The translations under genes were made by a program, and so were the position numbers. Shown in pieces: positions 40,401-52,809 of a stretch of 64,000 bases of DNA. The notes under the pieces were generated by a model. It saw only the letters and a list, made by a program, of their open reading frames with translations. It had not been told where the DNA came from and did not search any database. How positions within the stretch are numbered: the first letter of the stretch is position 1; every line of letters begins with the position of its first letter. This DNA is from Amphiscolops sp. MND2022 (taxonomy: Eukaryota), in the NCBI GenBank assembly GCA_964187785.1, contig OZ076409.1, positions 47,742,001 to 47,806,000 of the forward strand. The letters run 5' to 3'.

Positions 40401-42633
40401 ATTCAATTTTGTCATAGCGCACATCCCGGGGGCACAAAATACCGCTGCTGACTATTTGTCCCGATTGGAAGCAGATCCGAAGGACAAATTGGTGATGAAA
40501 ATTCGCGAAGATGTACAAACACTACCAATCGAAATCAATGTCCAATCCGCAGGGGTGTCACAAGAAGAACAGATCTTCTACACCAATGACGACGATGAGA
40601 CAGAAGAACAGTATTGGGCAAGACAAGAAGCAATCAGAAAAAATCCAGCAACTGATGAGCCCACTGTTACTATACAAACTCTGTCAACAAATCTGGTCAA
40701 GCAACACCCCGATATACAAGTCCGATTGAGGAAGACGAACCAGATCATTATCGAGCAATCCAAAGATGCGGTACTAAAACAATTGAAAGCGAAACTGCTT
40801 CATGAAGAGTATTCAGAAAATCTACTGCACCAGGATGCCCGAAACAGACATTACGCAAACAATCTGGAACGAATTGTACATAAGGACGAAATCCCGACAA
40901 GGCAATACTTTGATGAAACAGGGAACGTTAAATACCATCAAATTCTGCTCCCGCAACATTTACTACAGGAATTGCTTCAGTCTCTTCACGGGACAGCGCA
41001 TAAACATCCTGGCATTTCGAAAAAGTTGCAGGAAATCCGACAAAGGTATTACTACCCTAGCATGGCTAAACACGTCAAAAAGTGGGTAGAAGGGTGCGAA
41101 CAATGTGCCAGAGACAAAAGAGTCCCTAACGCAACGATCACACCTGAACTGCTCAACTTGCCCGAATGGGACCTTGGACCTGAAGACGCCATGCAAATCG
41201 ACCTATTGCCGAACCTTCCGCCAAGTGGAGGATATGAAAATGTCCTAACGGCAATTGATGTATTCTCCAGATATTTGTTCGCCTATCCCCTTACGGACGC
41301 ATCAGCGATCAATGTAGCAAAAGCGCTCATTGACATTATGACTAAACACTCATATCTACCAACGACCCTTATCACTGATAAAGGTACTGCATTTACTTCT
41401 ACAATTATTGCGGAGGTTACGCAGATTTTGGGCATCACACTCAAATGCGCAACGACGAAACACCCGCAGACAATTGGGAAATTGGAGCGTACTCATGCCT
41501 CATTGAAAACAAATCTCAAAATGGCATGTGGAGAATATCGCCGCCAATGGCACAAATACTTGCCATTAGCAGTACTGAATCATAATACTAGTTATCACGC
41601 CAGCATCGGTTGTGAGCCAACGAGAATATTTCATGGAAGAAATCCAGTTAATATTTTGGATCACAAGCTTGGAAATAATCCAAGCGAGCAAATTAACCCC
41701 ACAACCGAATTTGCTGAAGAAATCCAAAACCGGACAAAAATCCTGATTGACAAAACGAAACAGAACATTATTCAGTCGTATATTAAGTACAAAGAATATT
41801 ATGACCGCAAAGCAAAAGCCGCTCCACTAAAGGAGAACGAATACTGTTTTGTCTTACAGCCGAAAGCGGATAATCAAGGATCAAAAATTCCATTCCGCGA
41901 TTACCGTTGGGTTGGACCATTTGTAGTCCAAAATGTTTTGCCAAATGAAAACTATATAGTACGACGGATCAATACGAACAAAACTCAAATTTTGCATCGC
42001 ATTCGTCTTAAGAAGTTTGTCCCCAATCAACCGCTTGAGGATAATTTCCTAGAACAACAGTTGCAGCCAGATGAAGAAATTGTCATTCCGCAAGATGATT
42101 TATATGTCATAACGTGGGAAACCGACTTTGGCGAGCAACTAGTTACACGAGGCAACGAGACTATTCCGACCAGCATGCCGAATGGCGAACAGCCTAATGC
42201 GCCAGAAGCGAATACAAATGACGTAGCCGGGAACGAAGCGGATTACATAACCACGAGTGACGAAACAAGTTACGCTGACCACGCGGCGCGAAGCCGGAAT
42301 GAAAGATTAAATCATGACGTCACAAAAAGGAATGAAGATAGTGAAGCGGCTAGCAATGACAAATCTCATTGGCCGAATCCGGCCGTTCACCCGAAAAATC
42401 AAGAAAAAACTTTGGCGAATACGGATGAAAGACCAAAAAATGACGAAATTCCCTCAGAAAGAAATTTGACGAATGAAAACGACGCACAAAATTCTCCAAA
42501 AAGGGGGGATGATATTATCGTGCCCGAAATATCTGAAAGCGATGCTAGAAATGAGAGTCTGAGCCCTAGAGGAGGGAAATATAATCTCAGACCTAACCCC
42601 AACCCAAACTACTCAGAAGACTACAGATACTAG
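37420..42633 (+). CDS. pol: Pol polyprotein (protease, dUTPase-like spacer, RT, RNase H, integrase); one premature stop at 40240-40242
   Basis: LIDTGA; LRLLVDLRKIN, KLDCSQAY, QYVDD; TDASF..AK*FLA..LTDNKA..AADYLSR; H-H-C-C, QIDLL, ITDKG, KLERTH, GPF; ORFs 37495-40242 and 40456-42633 are in the same frame. Confidence 0.95.
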
Positions 42634-42880
42634 AGAAAATTAAATTCGGTTCAGGAATTAGCCCTGAACTGTTCTGCTTTTTCTCTTTTATTCTCTTTTG
42701 TATCAGTCCCATACAGCAGTATCTTTTGAATAAATAATGGGACGTATGAAAAATCCCTCACAAAGGAAATAACCCGGGATCAAGAAATCAAAAGAAAGAA
42801 ATGTATATAAATAAGGCAACAAATGAAACAGAAAATAAACAAAGTTTACAGTCTTGGTGTACACGTATACATATGTACAA

Positions 42881-45800
42881 TTAGTCTTTAGTAACGCTAG
42901 ACTGAGGAGATACAGTAGCAGAAGAAGCAGAGGACCGAGACGCCCTGCGTTCCATCTTCCTTCGTTTCTTACTACTAGGGGCCTTTACAGCAGGATCATC
43001 AGCGACAGAACCAGCATCCCCGGAATCAATTTGGACAGAGATTCTCTCTGGAGTAGATGACGCAATGCGGCAGGAAGCCAACAAGGACTTGTAAGTTTTT
43101 GAGCGCCCAAAGGTGTCAACATATGTCCAGGGGTCATATTCTTCAGCAAAAGCGGAACGTCCAAAGGAAGAAGATAGAAGGGAAAAGCTAGCCAAGTTGT
43201 CATCATTACTACAGAAAGGCACGGAATCACGGACATTGGCAAGATAACTTTGGCAAGGGAGAATGACATCGGTGAAGCGATTCTGACAGTGGTAACTGTG
43301 CCAAACGTAACGTCAGGGAGGGCTAAACTCACAGAGGTTGCACATAGACAGCACAGCTTGAATAAGTGGAACAGGTGCGCCCGGTCCTGCAAGAACTCAA
43401 GTCCAACCAGGAACTCTATCAGATCTGAGGAGGTACTAGTCAGATCGAAATTGGGACCATAACTAGTCCGTAAGTGGTCCAGTAGCTGCATGTACTGGTC
43501 CCGGCACAGAGACTCATTGGCACTTGGGACCCAAGAACGGAGGGCAAAGGTGTTATACAGCATGTCAAAATGCTTCAGAGCAACGTCCATCGGCCTTTTA
43601 AACATGATGAATGGGTCGAAAGCAGCCAACCCTTTTGCTATGTTGCTTGTCAGCCCAACTCGTTTCAGGACCTCATTGATGAGGAACTGCACATACTGCT
43701 GGCTGTCCTTGACGAAGGCTGTTTTTACCGTCCCTGCGGTGGCCTGTATGGCTGGACGCTCAGACTTCTTTCCAAAGTGGATGCCCTCTGCTCGAGCCCT
43801 GCTAGCTGTCCCTACGCGATTAGACAATTTGAGCCTGACCAGGTATTCATCTTCAGGCAGGAATGTCCCTTCACTGGTCTGGAATCGGAGGAGCAAGAAC
43901 CAGGCATTCTCTAAGGGAACTGTGTCTGGAGTGTAGACCCGGGAACAGAGCAGGCTGACGAATCGACTGACTTCCCCGCAGAGATAGAATGAGGCGTCAC
44001 GCTTATACTGCAGATTCACAGCGAAACTGGTGACATCTAGAAACACAAAATAATGCCCAAATACGAAATGTAACCTAACACAACCTCCCCGCCGAAATAT
44101 ACTCACAGTCACTGACGAGCTTGCGGAAGAATTCCAGTTTGACGACAAAGAATTCGTCACAAATCAAGGACCATTCGAAGCTCTGCACCTGGAATGAAAG
44201 ATCACCCTTACTACGGCGCATAAAGTCCGAAGGACAAACAAGGACTAGGGAAACCCCTTATGAATAAGCCTGTCTAACTGGAATAAAACGTATGGCTCAA
44301 CAGAAAGCTAACCCTGTTGCGAGATCCTTGGCCTTCCTGCAGGGGAGCGTGTGCCGTCAGGTAGCGTAGCACTGACTTCCATTCATCTAACAATGCCTGG
44401 CAAAGAGTGGGCAAGGTTTTGACCTCGAGCTGACAGGTGGTGATAGCCTGTAAACCCACATGGCCAGATGAACTTTGAATATTAGATCCCGAGACTCGCT
44501 ACCCCCATCCCTTTTACCAATTAGGACCACAAAAGAAAGGAAATGTGCCATTGGTTTACTTACCCTAACGAGTTCCGGATGACGCATCACCCAATCTTCG
44601 ACAAGGGAACCACCCAGACTGACCATCAGGGCTTGCAACACCGAGAAGAAGTCTATGTGCCCAAACACGGAGTAGCTCGTCTTATGCATGAGTCTTGCCA
44701 GCGAAAGGTGCTCAAAACGGAAACAACTCTGGACTCCTTGGGTGAAGTACTCTGATTGGTCGATCGTTTTGGCGAATTCAACTGGGCACCCTGAGCATGC
44801 GACCATATCGGGCCGTGTGGAAACTGCTGACTGGAATCGAGCTAGTGACCCCAGTTCCCCAGTCACATCAGTCGCGGGAAGAGAACTTCGGCAGACGTAG
44901 ACCCTACAGAGCTCTAGCTGCTTCCAGTATTTGACTGACATGCATTGGTTGGAACCAATCGTCTCGAATTCGACTGGGAAGCACTGTTGAGTGGACACTT
45001 GCTCAGCGATGTCATGTAGTGCACAGATGAAGAAGTGCTGGAATATGGCCTGAAACGGAACCTAAACCTCAGTACAGGGTAAAGTTCGGAAGAAACATTG
45101 AGGCTTAAAAGACACTACTTACAGTGAGGCGTTCCTCCCCCCAATCGAAATCAGTCACCGTGGCTTGATGGTTGGTGAATGACCCCATCCGTGACCATAA
45201 GTTTCTCAATACCATCATGTCTCCTTGGGTTTTCGCAAAATCTCCCACGAGACAGAGTTGAGTTTTGGCTCTGGATTCTGCTGTGACCAGTGCTGTGGTG
45301 GAGCCCTTGATGTAGTCATCATAAAAGGGGAACCGTTCCCCGATGTCCACCAGTTCTTCATTGATGAAATGAGGAAGTGCCTTTGCCAGCTCCATTTTAC
45401 TCAAGATCTTCCCATTGGCTCCTCGGACTCTATGTTGCACCTTACCCGTGACAGGATCCGTGCTTCGCAGGTGCTCATACCGCCAACGCTGGTTGCGGCG
45501 TAAATGCCGTTGCGTGCGATGATGTCTAAGGATTTCATACGGGCCTTTCGATCTGATAGAAAAGTTCTTTTTACAAATGTGGCACCAGACCATCAAAGGA
45601 TTGTGGACAGGATCGGCAGGTCCTGAGATGAAAGATCTAGTCGAACCTATTTTTGAGAAGAACTCCTCTTTCATGGGACTCCCCGTCTTGAGGGCCTCCG
45701 GTCATTTTTTCCGTTTTTTGGGCCTGGAGGTGGTCCGTGCCGTGGTCCGAGTTTGCTCCCTCAGCTCCTGTAGGGTGGTGTCTTGACTGCTGAACTCTGA

Positions 45801-47277
45801 TGTGTCCGGCTCATTCTGCTGCTGACCAGAAGAAGGTTGGGCTTCGGTTGAAACTTGCAGTGGGGCAGCAGGTTTTTTGAAGGACCGATTTATTAGGTCC
45901 ATCTCTGTGGCACTGTCGCTCTCCTCATAATAAGATGACTCCCCAGTGCCCTCTGAAGATGAGTCAGGTTGGCGTGTAGTAGTTGCTGTTCCTTCTCCTT
46001 CGGATTCCGTCCCACTTGAATCGCTAGAAACTCTGCGCATGGGGGTCTGACAACGACCCTTGGAAAGGAAATGAGCAGTGCGGGAAGGAGCGACGGTGGG
46101 AGAACCCCGAACAGCGTCAATAACCATTCGCTCCATGGTAGAAAATGACCGGTTGAGCGTCTCATCAGTCATAACCCTGAGAAGGTGATATATTTGAGGC
46201 TCAGTGAAGGCAACGGTGGAATGCCCCACAGGAAGACGGATTGGGGCGGCTTCATCAAAATACTCCTTCAAAATTGCCCTACTCCGCCAGGAGAGGTCTG
46301 AAGGCCTACTTTGGGTAGGTTGTGCTCGGGGTGCAAAGTCCTTGCTTGTTCCAGGAATCAGCATCTCGGAACTTGTATCATCTCCGCCTTCAGTTCCCGA
46401 CTCAGGGTGAAAGGGGTTAAAGCCATACAAGGCAACAGGATTCACTTGGCTGACTTCATCGGCAGTTTTCTCCTCATCACTCTGTCCCCCTAGGAAGTGG
46501 ACATGAGGTGCCATTCCAGGCAGAGCGGGCACGTCACAGATTGATGAAGCATTCTCATCGTCCGTTCTGGAAGGAGCCCCGCTAATGTTGGCCATCTCAG
46601 GGTCAGTTCTGTCCCGCAACTCTGGTAGCTGAGACTCAGATGTCACGATAATTTGGAGTGCCGACTCTAAGGCTGACAAATCAGCTTGACAGGGCTCTTC
46701 ATCTTCCTCGGACATGATGGGGGTACTTGACCTCCGGACCGCGGGGTCATCGGATGTTGCCGGAGTAGCTTCAACGGTTGGAGGGATTTCGGCGTTCGTA
46801 CCAGAGGGCGAACCGCCCACTTGTTGTGGGGCAGATTCTTGGTGTCGTTCCATCTTCTGGACCATAGCTTCGGCATATGCAGTGACGTCAGTGCTGCTGC
46901 CCTGACTGTTGATGGGACTGTCTTTCTCAATAGTTGCTGGAGACAGGCCTGCATTGTCTACTTGAGGCCTTACAGGATCAGAAGATGAACCTTCTGGATT
47001 GGCATGGACACTGGCTTGGGACGTGGTTGGCTCGAGAGCATTCTTTTTCGGAAGATTTTCTAAACGAAAAGGAATGAAATTTAGCGGTGTACTTCCTTGA
47101 TATGAATCCATTTTACCGCGATTAGAAACCTTCCGGAAGTGTCTGACAAATTCGAATGAAACGTGTTATCACGTGTTTAGTGATGGAAACAGGAAGTGTA
47201 TTTTGAACAAATTTGACCCTGATCAAGTTAAATGAGTTCTAAAATGAAAATCCAAACCAACCTGAGTCAGAAGACAT
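42881..47277 (-). CDS. Antisense spliced accessory gene: disordered N-terminus, BED zinc finger, hAT-transposase-like body, ~1270 aa; two lesions in this copy
   Basis: Exons 47277-47262, 47059-45123, 45049-44564, 44447-44313, 44188-44107, 44036-42881; GT-AG introns of 202, 73, 116, 124 and 70 bp, all phase-compatible; VWCHICKKNFSI..EILRHHRTQRH; in-frame TGA at 45702-45704 and frameshift near 43288. Confidence 0.78.
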
Positions 47278-48174
47278 GTCGCTGGGGTTCTGATCTGCTA
47301 AACGCTGGTCCAAGCGGGAACGATTGCTGGAAACTGGGGAAATGGCCGGGTATGGCAAGAAAGGAAGAGATTATTCCGACGAAGAAAGAAATACAGCTAA
47401 GACGGGGATAAGAATGGGGTAAATGTTGATGAAGCAAATCCAAAGTGAAAGGAACAAATGAAATATAAATAGAATTGAAATGGAATTAAAATTGGGTAAA
47501 GAATTGAAGAAATTGGGAAGTTGGAGTTCGTGGCTGAAGATTATTACCAGACTAATATTATGGATTATCTACACATTTATTCTGTACATGGAGTCTGCCA
47601 GCGAAGTGTACAAAGGACTTTGTTATTTACAGCCTATTTAATTAAAAGCCAGTTATGGCCGTTTGCCCTGTTTTGTTTTGTTGTTTCGTCCAGTTGCCCT
47701 AGTTACCCTTAGTTAGAATTTTCGCCATCTTGGATTATCCAGATTTATTATTTTCGCCATTTTTGTTATTTAATTTTACAATTTATCGAAGCTTAACGCT
47801 GATTGGATGAATCCATTACGAGAAATTTTGGTGACGCGTGCCGCTAATTGCTTACAAGCGGTCCGTTAATTACCCACTTGAGACGGGTGTAGTTGATATT
47901 CGTAGGACGAGCGTCATTCACACCTCTTCTAGTGATGACACTGATAAGGGGTAAACATCAGGTTATCAAAGGGAGCCGCCTAATCATGGAATTCCATTCA
48001 GAAAAGTTTACGATGGATCGGGACGATTAACCTAAGGTTCTCCCGCCGAGCTGGAAAGTTCGGGAAAAGGCCTGATTCGGCTAAATTATTAAAACTGACA
48101 AATTCATTCTACTACAAACTCCTCTTCGATACAGTCACTACGAATAGCTTCAAAAATATAAAAAAAAGATAATC
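47278..48174. promoter_or_regulatory. Divergent intergenic region between the antisense gene and ORF3
   Basis: Two TTTTCGCCAT(C/T)TT motifs (47719, 47751), CTGATTGG at ~47800; CTGAC branch-like site (48095), pyrimidine tract and CAG (48134) upstream of the ORF3 ATG. Confidence 0.45.
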
Positions 48175-48960
48175 ATGAGCAAATACAACTTAGCTAGAAG
48201 ATTGTTCGAGCTGGAGGAATACGACTCAGATGATTCTGAAAGATCAGTAATATACATTTCCAGCAGTGAGGAAGAGTCATCAAACTGGGAAACCGACTGC
48301 TCCACAGACACGGAGCAGCTTATCGCAAGAATCGAAAGGGAGGTCACCTCCAGCCCCATGCTAATTGGGGGCCGCATAATGACTATGGAGGAACCTTTAG
48401 GAGACGAATCAGAAGCTGGCCCCAGTTCTTCCCAGATGCGAACAGATGTGACTCCGAAATTTGACCACAGGTACTTTGACCAGGAGATGTGTTATGCTCC
48501 CACAATGAAGTTGGGAAAGTCAAGGATAGAGGTTTGCAAGACTCTATTACCAGTGCCAGAGTCACCCATGTCACCGCCTGACCATGAGAGAGGGCCAAGT
48601 TTGGACACCCCCCTGATGCAGCCTACAATAGGTGGTTTTCACGCGTCGTTCCACGTACAGAACACAAGGCCGTACGAGGACGTGAGCAACAAACTGTATT
48701 CTGGTTGTATGGTGTGTGGCAGATCCTCAGAAGCAATAAAGAAAGAGAAAGTAGAATGGTATGTTGCAAGGTCCAAGCCACGAGGAGAGCCTGAGTACAT
48801 CACGAAAATCAGAATAGAAGCATACGAGAACGGTCTCAACGCCGGGGCATTCCTCTTCATAACACCCGCAGTGTCGCAGGCTGCCGCCTGTGATGGCACA
48901 TTAAAAACGACGTCGGCAGAAAATCAAGAAATCATCCCGGGTACCCTACCCACGTTTTAA
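48175..48960 (+). CDS. Retrotransposon accessory ORF3, 261 aa, unknown function, copy 1
   Basis: Intact ATG-TAA ORF in env position, ending inside LTR sequence; acidic Ser-rich N-terminus, CMVC motif; no signal peptide or transmembrane helix seen. Confidence 0.75.
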   Translation: MSKYNLARRLFELEEYDSDDSERSVIYISSSEEESSNWETDCSTDTEQLIARIEREVTSSPMLIGGRIMTMEEPLGDESEAGPSSSQMRTDVTPKFDHRYFDQEMCYAPTMKLGKSRIEVCKTLLPVPESPMSPPDHERGPSLDTPLMQPTIGGFHASFHVQNTRPYEDVSNKLYSGCMVCGRSSEAIKKEKVEWYVARSKPRGEPEYITKIRIEAYENGLNAGAFLFITPAVSQAAACDGTLKTTSAENQEIIPGTLPTF

Positions 48961-49719
48961 ACTTTCCCTTGCTGAAACTTATATTTATTTGTTAATCACA
49001 TCCATTTTTGTTTATTCAAGTGCATTTTATATAAGTGTTCGTGATATTAGTCTGTTAAAATTACGATTTGGAACTATCCAAATCAGGTTGTGATTTGAGA
49101 TGTGTAAAAGGACGTTTGTTGTATTACAAATAGAGTGTTGAAATTAATCAAAGCGGTAACGTACAATAAGCAGGTTGATCGCGAGAAGGAAACGTGTTCC
49201 AGTAAGAAAACGTCCCTTCTCGGCGATGTAACTTTCAGTACAATTATTAGCCAATCAGAGCTCTCCTTTTGCTAATTATGAGTGCTTTATTTATGATGGC
49301 CGGATATGGCTAATTGACTAAGCGGTGCTAATTTATATCAGTCCCCCAGTCAAATGGACGGCTTCGGCCAATTCGAGCATAATGATACCTTTGTTGCCTA
49401 ATTGGACCAATACTTACGCGGAGTTATTAGAATCATGTTTTTAGTTTAAATAAATACGTTTGTGATGTTTTGATGTTTGTATACCTTTAACTTGGATAAA
49501 GGGACGGTTAAGGCCTTTTACCATGTCTTTCATATGCGCAGTACATGTTATGGATTTGGGCCTATTCCGGCCCTGATATGCGAGTGTATTTTCATGAATA
49601 TCGATGCAGTATTAGGATTCCACACATAGTAATACATTCCGTTTTCAGCTTTATTTGCAGTAACTCCTCTTCGATACAGTCACTACGAATAGCTTCAAAA
49701 ATATAAAAAAAAGATAATC

Positions 49720-50505
49720 ATGAGCAAATACAACTTAGCTAGAAGATTGTTCGAGCTGGAGGAATACGACTCAGATGATTCTGAAAGATCAGTAATATAC
49801 ATTTCCAGCAGTGAGGAAGAGTCATCAGACTGGGAAACCGACTGCTCCACAGACACGGAGCAGCTTATCGCAAGAATCGAAAGGGAGGTCACCTCCAGCC
49901 CCATGCTAATTGGGGGCCGCATAATGACTATGGAGGAACCTTTAGGAGACGAATCAGAAGCTGGCCCCAGTTCTTCCCAGATGCGAACAGATGTGACTCC
50001 GAAATTTGACCACAGGTACTTTGACCAGGAGATGTGTTATGCTCCCACAATGAAGTTGGGAAAGTCAAGGATAGAGGTTTGCAAGACTCTATTACCAGTG
50101 CCAGAGTCACCCATGTCACCGCCTGACCATGAGAGAGGGCCAAGTTTGGACACCCCCCTGATGCAGCCTACAATAGGTGGTTTTCACGCGTCGTTCCACG
50201 TACAGAACACAAGGCCGTACGAGGACGTGAGCAACAAACTGTATTCTGGTTGTATGGTGTGTGGCAGATCCTCAGAAGCAATAAAGAAAGAGAAAGTAGA
50301 ATGGTATGTTGCAAGGTCCAAGCCACGAGGAGAGCCTGAGTACATCACGAAAATCAGAATAGAAGCATACGAGAACGGTCTCAACGCCGGGGCATTCCTC
50401 TTCATAACACCCGCAGTGTCGCAGGCTGCCGCCTGTGATGGCACATTAAAAACGACGTCGGCAGAAAATCAAGAAATCATCCCGGGTACCCTACCCACGT
50501 TTTAA
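49720..50505 (+). CDS. Accessory ORF3, copy 2
   Basis: Same protein as copy 1 except N>D in SSDWE. Confidence 0.72.
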   Translation: MSKYNLARRLFELEEYDSDDSERSVIYISSSEEESSDWETDCSTDTEQLIARIEREVTSSPMLIGGRIMTMEEPLGDESEAGPSSSQMRTDVTPKFDHRYFDQEMCYAPTMKLGKSRIEVCKTLLPVPESPMSPPDHERGPSLDTPLMQPTIGGFHASFHVQNTRPYEDVSNKLYSGCMVCGRSSEAIKKEKVEWYVARSKPRGEPEYITKIRIEAYENGLNAGAFLFITPAVSQAAACDGTLKTTSAENQEIIPGTLPTF

Positions 50506-51264
50506 ACTTTCCCTTGCTGAAACTTATATTTATTTGTTAATCACATCCATTTTTGTTTATTCAAGTGCATTTTATATAAGTGTTCGTGATATTAGTCTGT
50601 TAAAATTACGATTTGGAACTATCCAAATCAGGTTGTGATTTGAGATGTGTAAAAGGACGTTTGTTGTATTACAAATAGAGTGTTGAAATTAATCAAAGCG
50701 GTAACGTACAATAAGCAGGTTGATCGCGAGAAGGAAACGTGTTCCAGTAAGAAAACGTCCCTTCTCGGCGATGTAACTTTCAGTACAATTATTAGCCAAT
50801 CAGAGCTCTCCTTTTGCTAATTATGAGTGCTTTATTTATGATGGCCGGATATGGCTAATTGACTAAGCGGTGCTAATTTATATCAGTCCCCCAGTCAAAT
50901 GGACGGCTTCGGCCAATTCGAGCATAATGATACCTTTGTTGCCTAATTGGACCAATACTTACGCGGAGTTATTAGAATCATGTTTTTAGTTTAAATAAAT
51001 ACGTTTGTGATGTTTTGATGTTTGTATACCTTTAACTTGGATAAAGGGACGGTTAAGGCCTTTTACCATGTCTTTCATATGCGCAGTACATGTTATGGAT
51101 TTGGGCCTATTCCGGCCCTGATATGCGAGTGTATTTTCATGAATATCGATGCAGTATTAGGATTCCACACATAGTAATACATTCCGTTTTCAGCTTTATT
51201 TGCAGTAACTCCTCTTCGATACAGTCACTACGAATAGCTTCAAAAATATAAAAAAAAGATAATC

Positions 51265-52050
51265 ATGAGCAAATACAACTTAGCTAGAAGATTGTTCGAG
51301 CTGGAGGAATACGACTCAGATGATTCTGAAAGATCAGTAATATACATTTCCAGCAGTGAGGAAGAGTCATCAGACTGGGAAACCGACTGCTCCACAGACA
51401 CGGAGCAGCTTATCGCAAGAATCGAAAGGGAGGTCACCTCCAGCCCCATGCTAATTGGGGGCCGCATAATGACTATGGAGGAACCTTTAGGAGACGAATC
51501 AGAAGCTGGCCCCAGTTCTTCCCAGATGCGAACAGATGTGACTCCGAAATTTGACCACAGGTACTTTGACCAGGAGATGTGTTATGCTCCCACAATGAAG
51601 TTGGGAAAGTCAAGGATAGAGGTTTGCAAGACTCTATTACCAGTGTCAGAGTCACCCATGTCACCGCCTGACCATGAGAGAGGGCCAAGTTTGGACACCC
51701 CCCTGATGCAGCCTACAATAGGTGGTTTTCACGCGTCGTTCCACGTACAGAACACAAGGCCGTACGAGGACGTGAGCAACAAACTGTATTCTGGTTGTAT
51801 GGTGTGTGGCAGATCCTCAGAAGCAATAAAGAAAGAGAAAGTAGAATGGTATGTTGCAAGGTCCAAGCCACGAGGAGAGCCTGAGTACATCACGAAAATC
51901 AGAATAGAAGCATACGAGAACGGTCTCAACGCCGGGGCATTCCTCTTCATAACACCCGCAGTGTCGCAGGCTGCCGCCTGTGATGGCACATTAAAAACGA
52001 CGTCGGCAGAAAATCAAGAAATCATCCCGGGTACCCTACCCACGTTTTAA
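51265..52050 (+). CDS. Accessory ORF3, copy 3
   Basis: As copy 2 with P>S (PVSES). Confidence 0.72.
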   Translation: MSKYNLARRLFELEEYDSDDSERSVIYISSSEEESSDWETDCSTDTEQLIARIEREVTSSPMLIGGRIMTMEEPLGDESEAGPSSSQMRTDVTPKFDHRYFDQEMCYAPTMKLGKSRIEVCKTLLPVSESPMSPPDHERGPSLDTPLMQPTIGGFHASFHVQNTRPYEDVSNKLYSGCMVCGRSSEAIKKEKVEWYVARSKPRGEPEYITKIRIEAYENGLNAGAFLFITPAVSQAAACDGTLKTTSAENQEIIPGTLPTF

Positions 52051-52809
52051 ACTTTCCCTTGCTGAAACTTATATTTATTTGTTAATCACATCCATTTTTG
52101 TTTATTCAAGTGCATTTTATATAAGTGTTCGTGATATTAGTCTGTTAAAATTACGATTTGGAACTATCCAAATCAGGTTGTGATTTGAGATGTGTAAAAG
52201 GACGTTTGTTGTATTACAAATAGAGTGTTGAAATTAATCAAAGCGGTAACGTACAATAAGCAGGTTGATCGCGAGAAGGAAACGTGTTCCAGTAAGAAAA
52301 CGTCCCTTCTCGGCGATGTAACTTTCAGTACAATTATTAGCCAATCAGAGCTCTCCTTTTGCTAATTATGAGTGCTTTATTTATGATGGCCGGATATGGC
52401 TAATTGACTAAGCGGTGCTAATTTATATCAGTCCCCCAGTCAAATGGACGGCTTCGGCCAATTCGAGCATAATGATACCTTTGTTGCCTAATTGGACCAA
52501 TACTTACGCGGAGTTATTAGAATCATGTTTTTAGTTTAAATAAATACGTTTGTGATGTTTTGATGTTTGTATACCTTTAACTTGGATAAAGGGACGGTTA
52601 AGGCCTTTTACCATGTCTTTCATATGCGCAGTACATGTTATGGATTTGGGCCTATTCCGGCCCTGATATGCGAGTGTATTTTCATGAATATCGATGCAGT
52701 ATTAGGATTCCACACATAGTAATACATTCCGTTTTCAGCTTTATTTGCAGTAACTCCTCTTCGATACAGTCACTACGAATAGCTTCAAAAATATAAAAAA
52801 AAGATAATC

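Noticed and set aside
45702..45704. Selenocysteine or readthrough TGA in the antisense gene
   Set aside because: No SECIS or readthrough context recognised; more likely a point mutation or nearby compensating indels in a decaying copy
48175..48960. ORF3 as an env gene
   Set aside because: Position fits, but there is no signal peptide, furin site or transmembrane helix, and it is short and acidic
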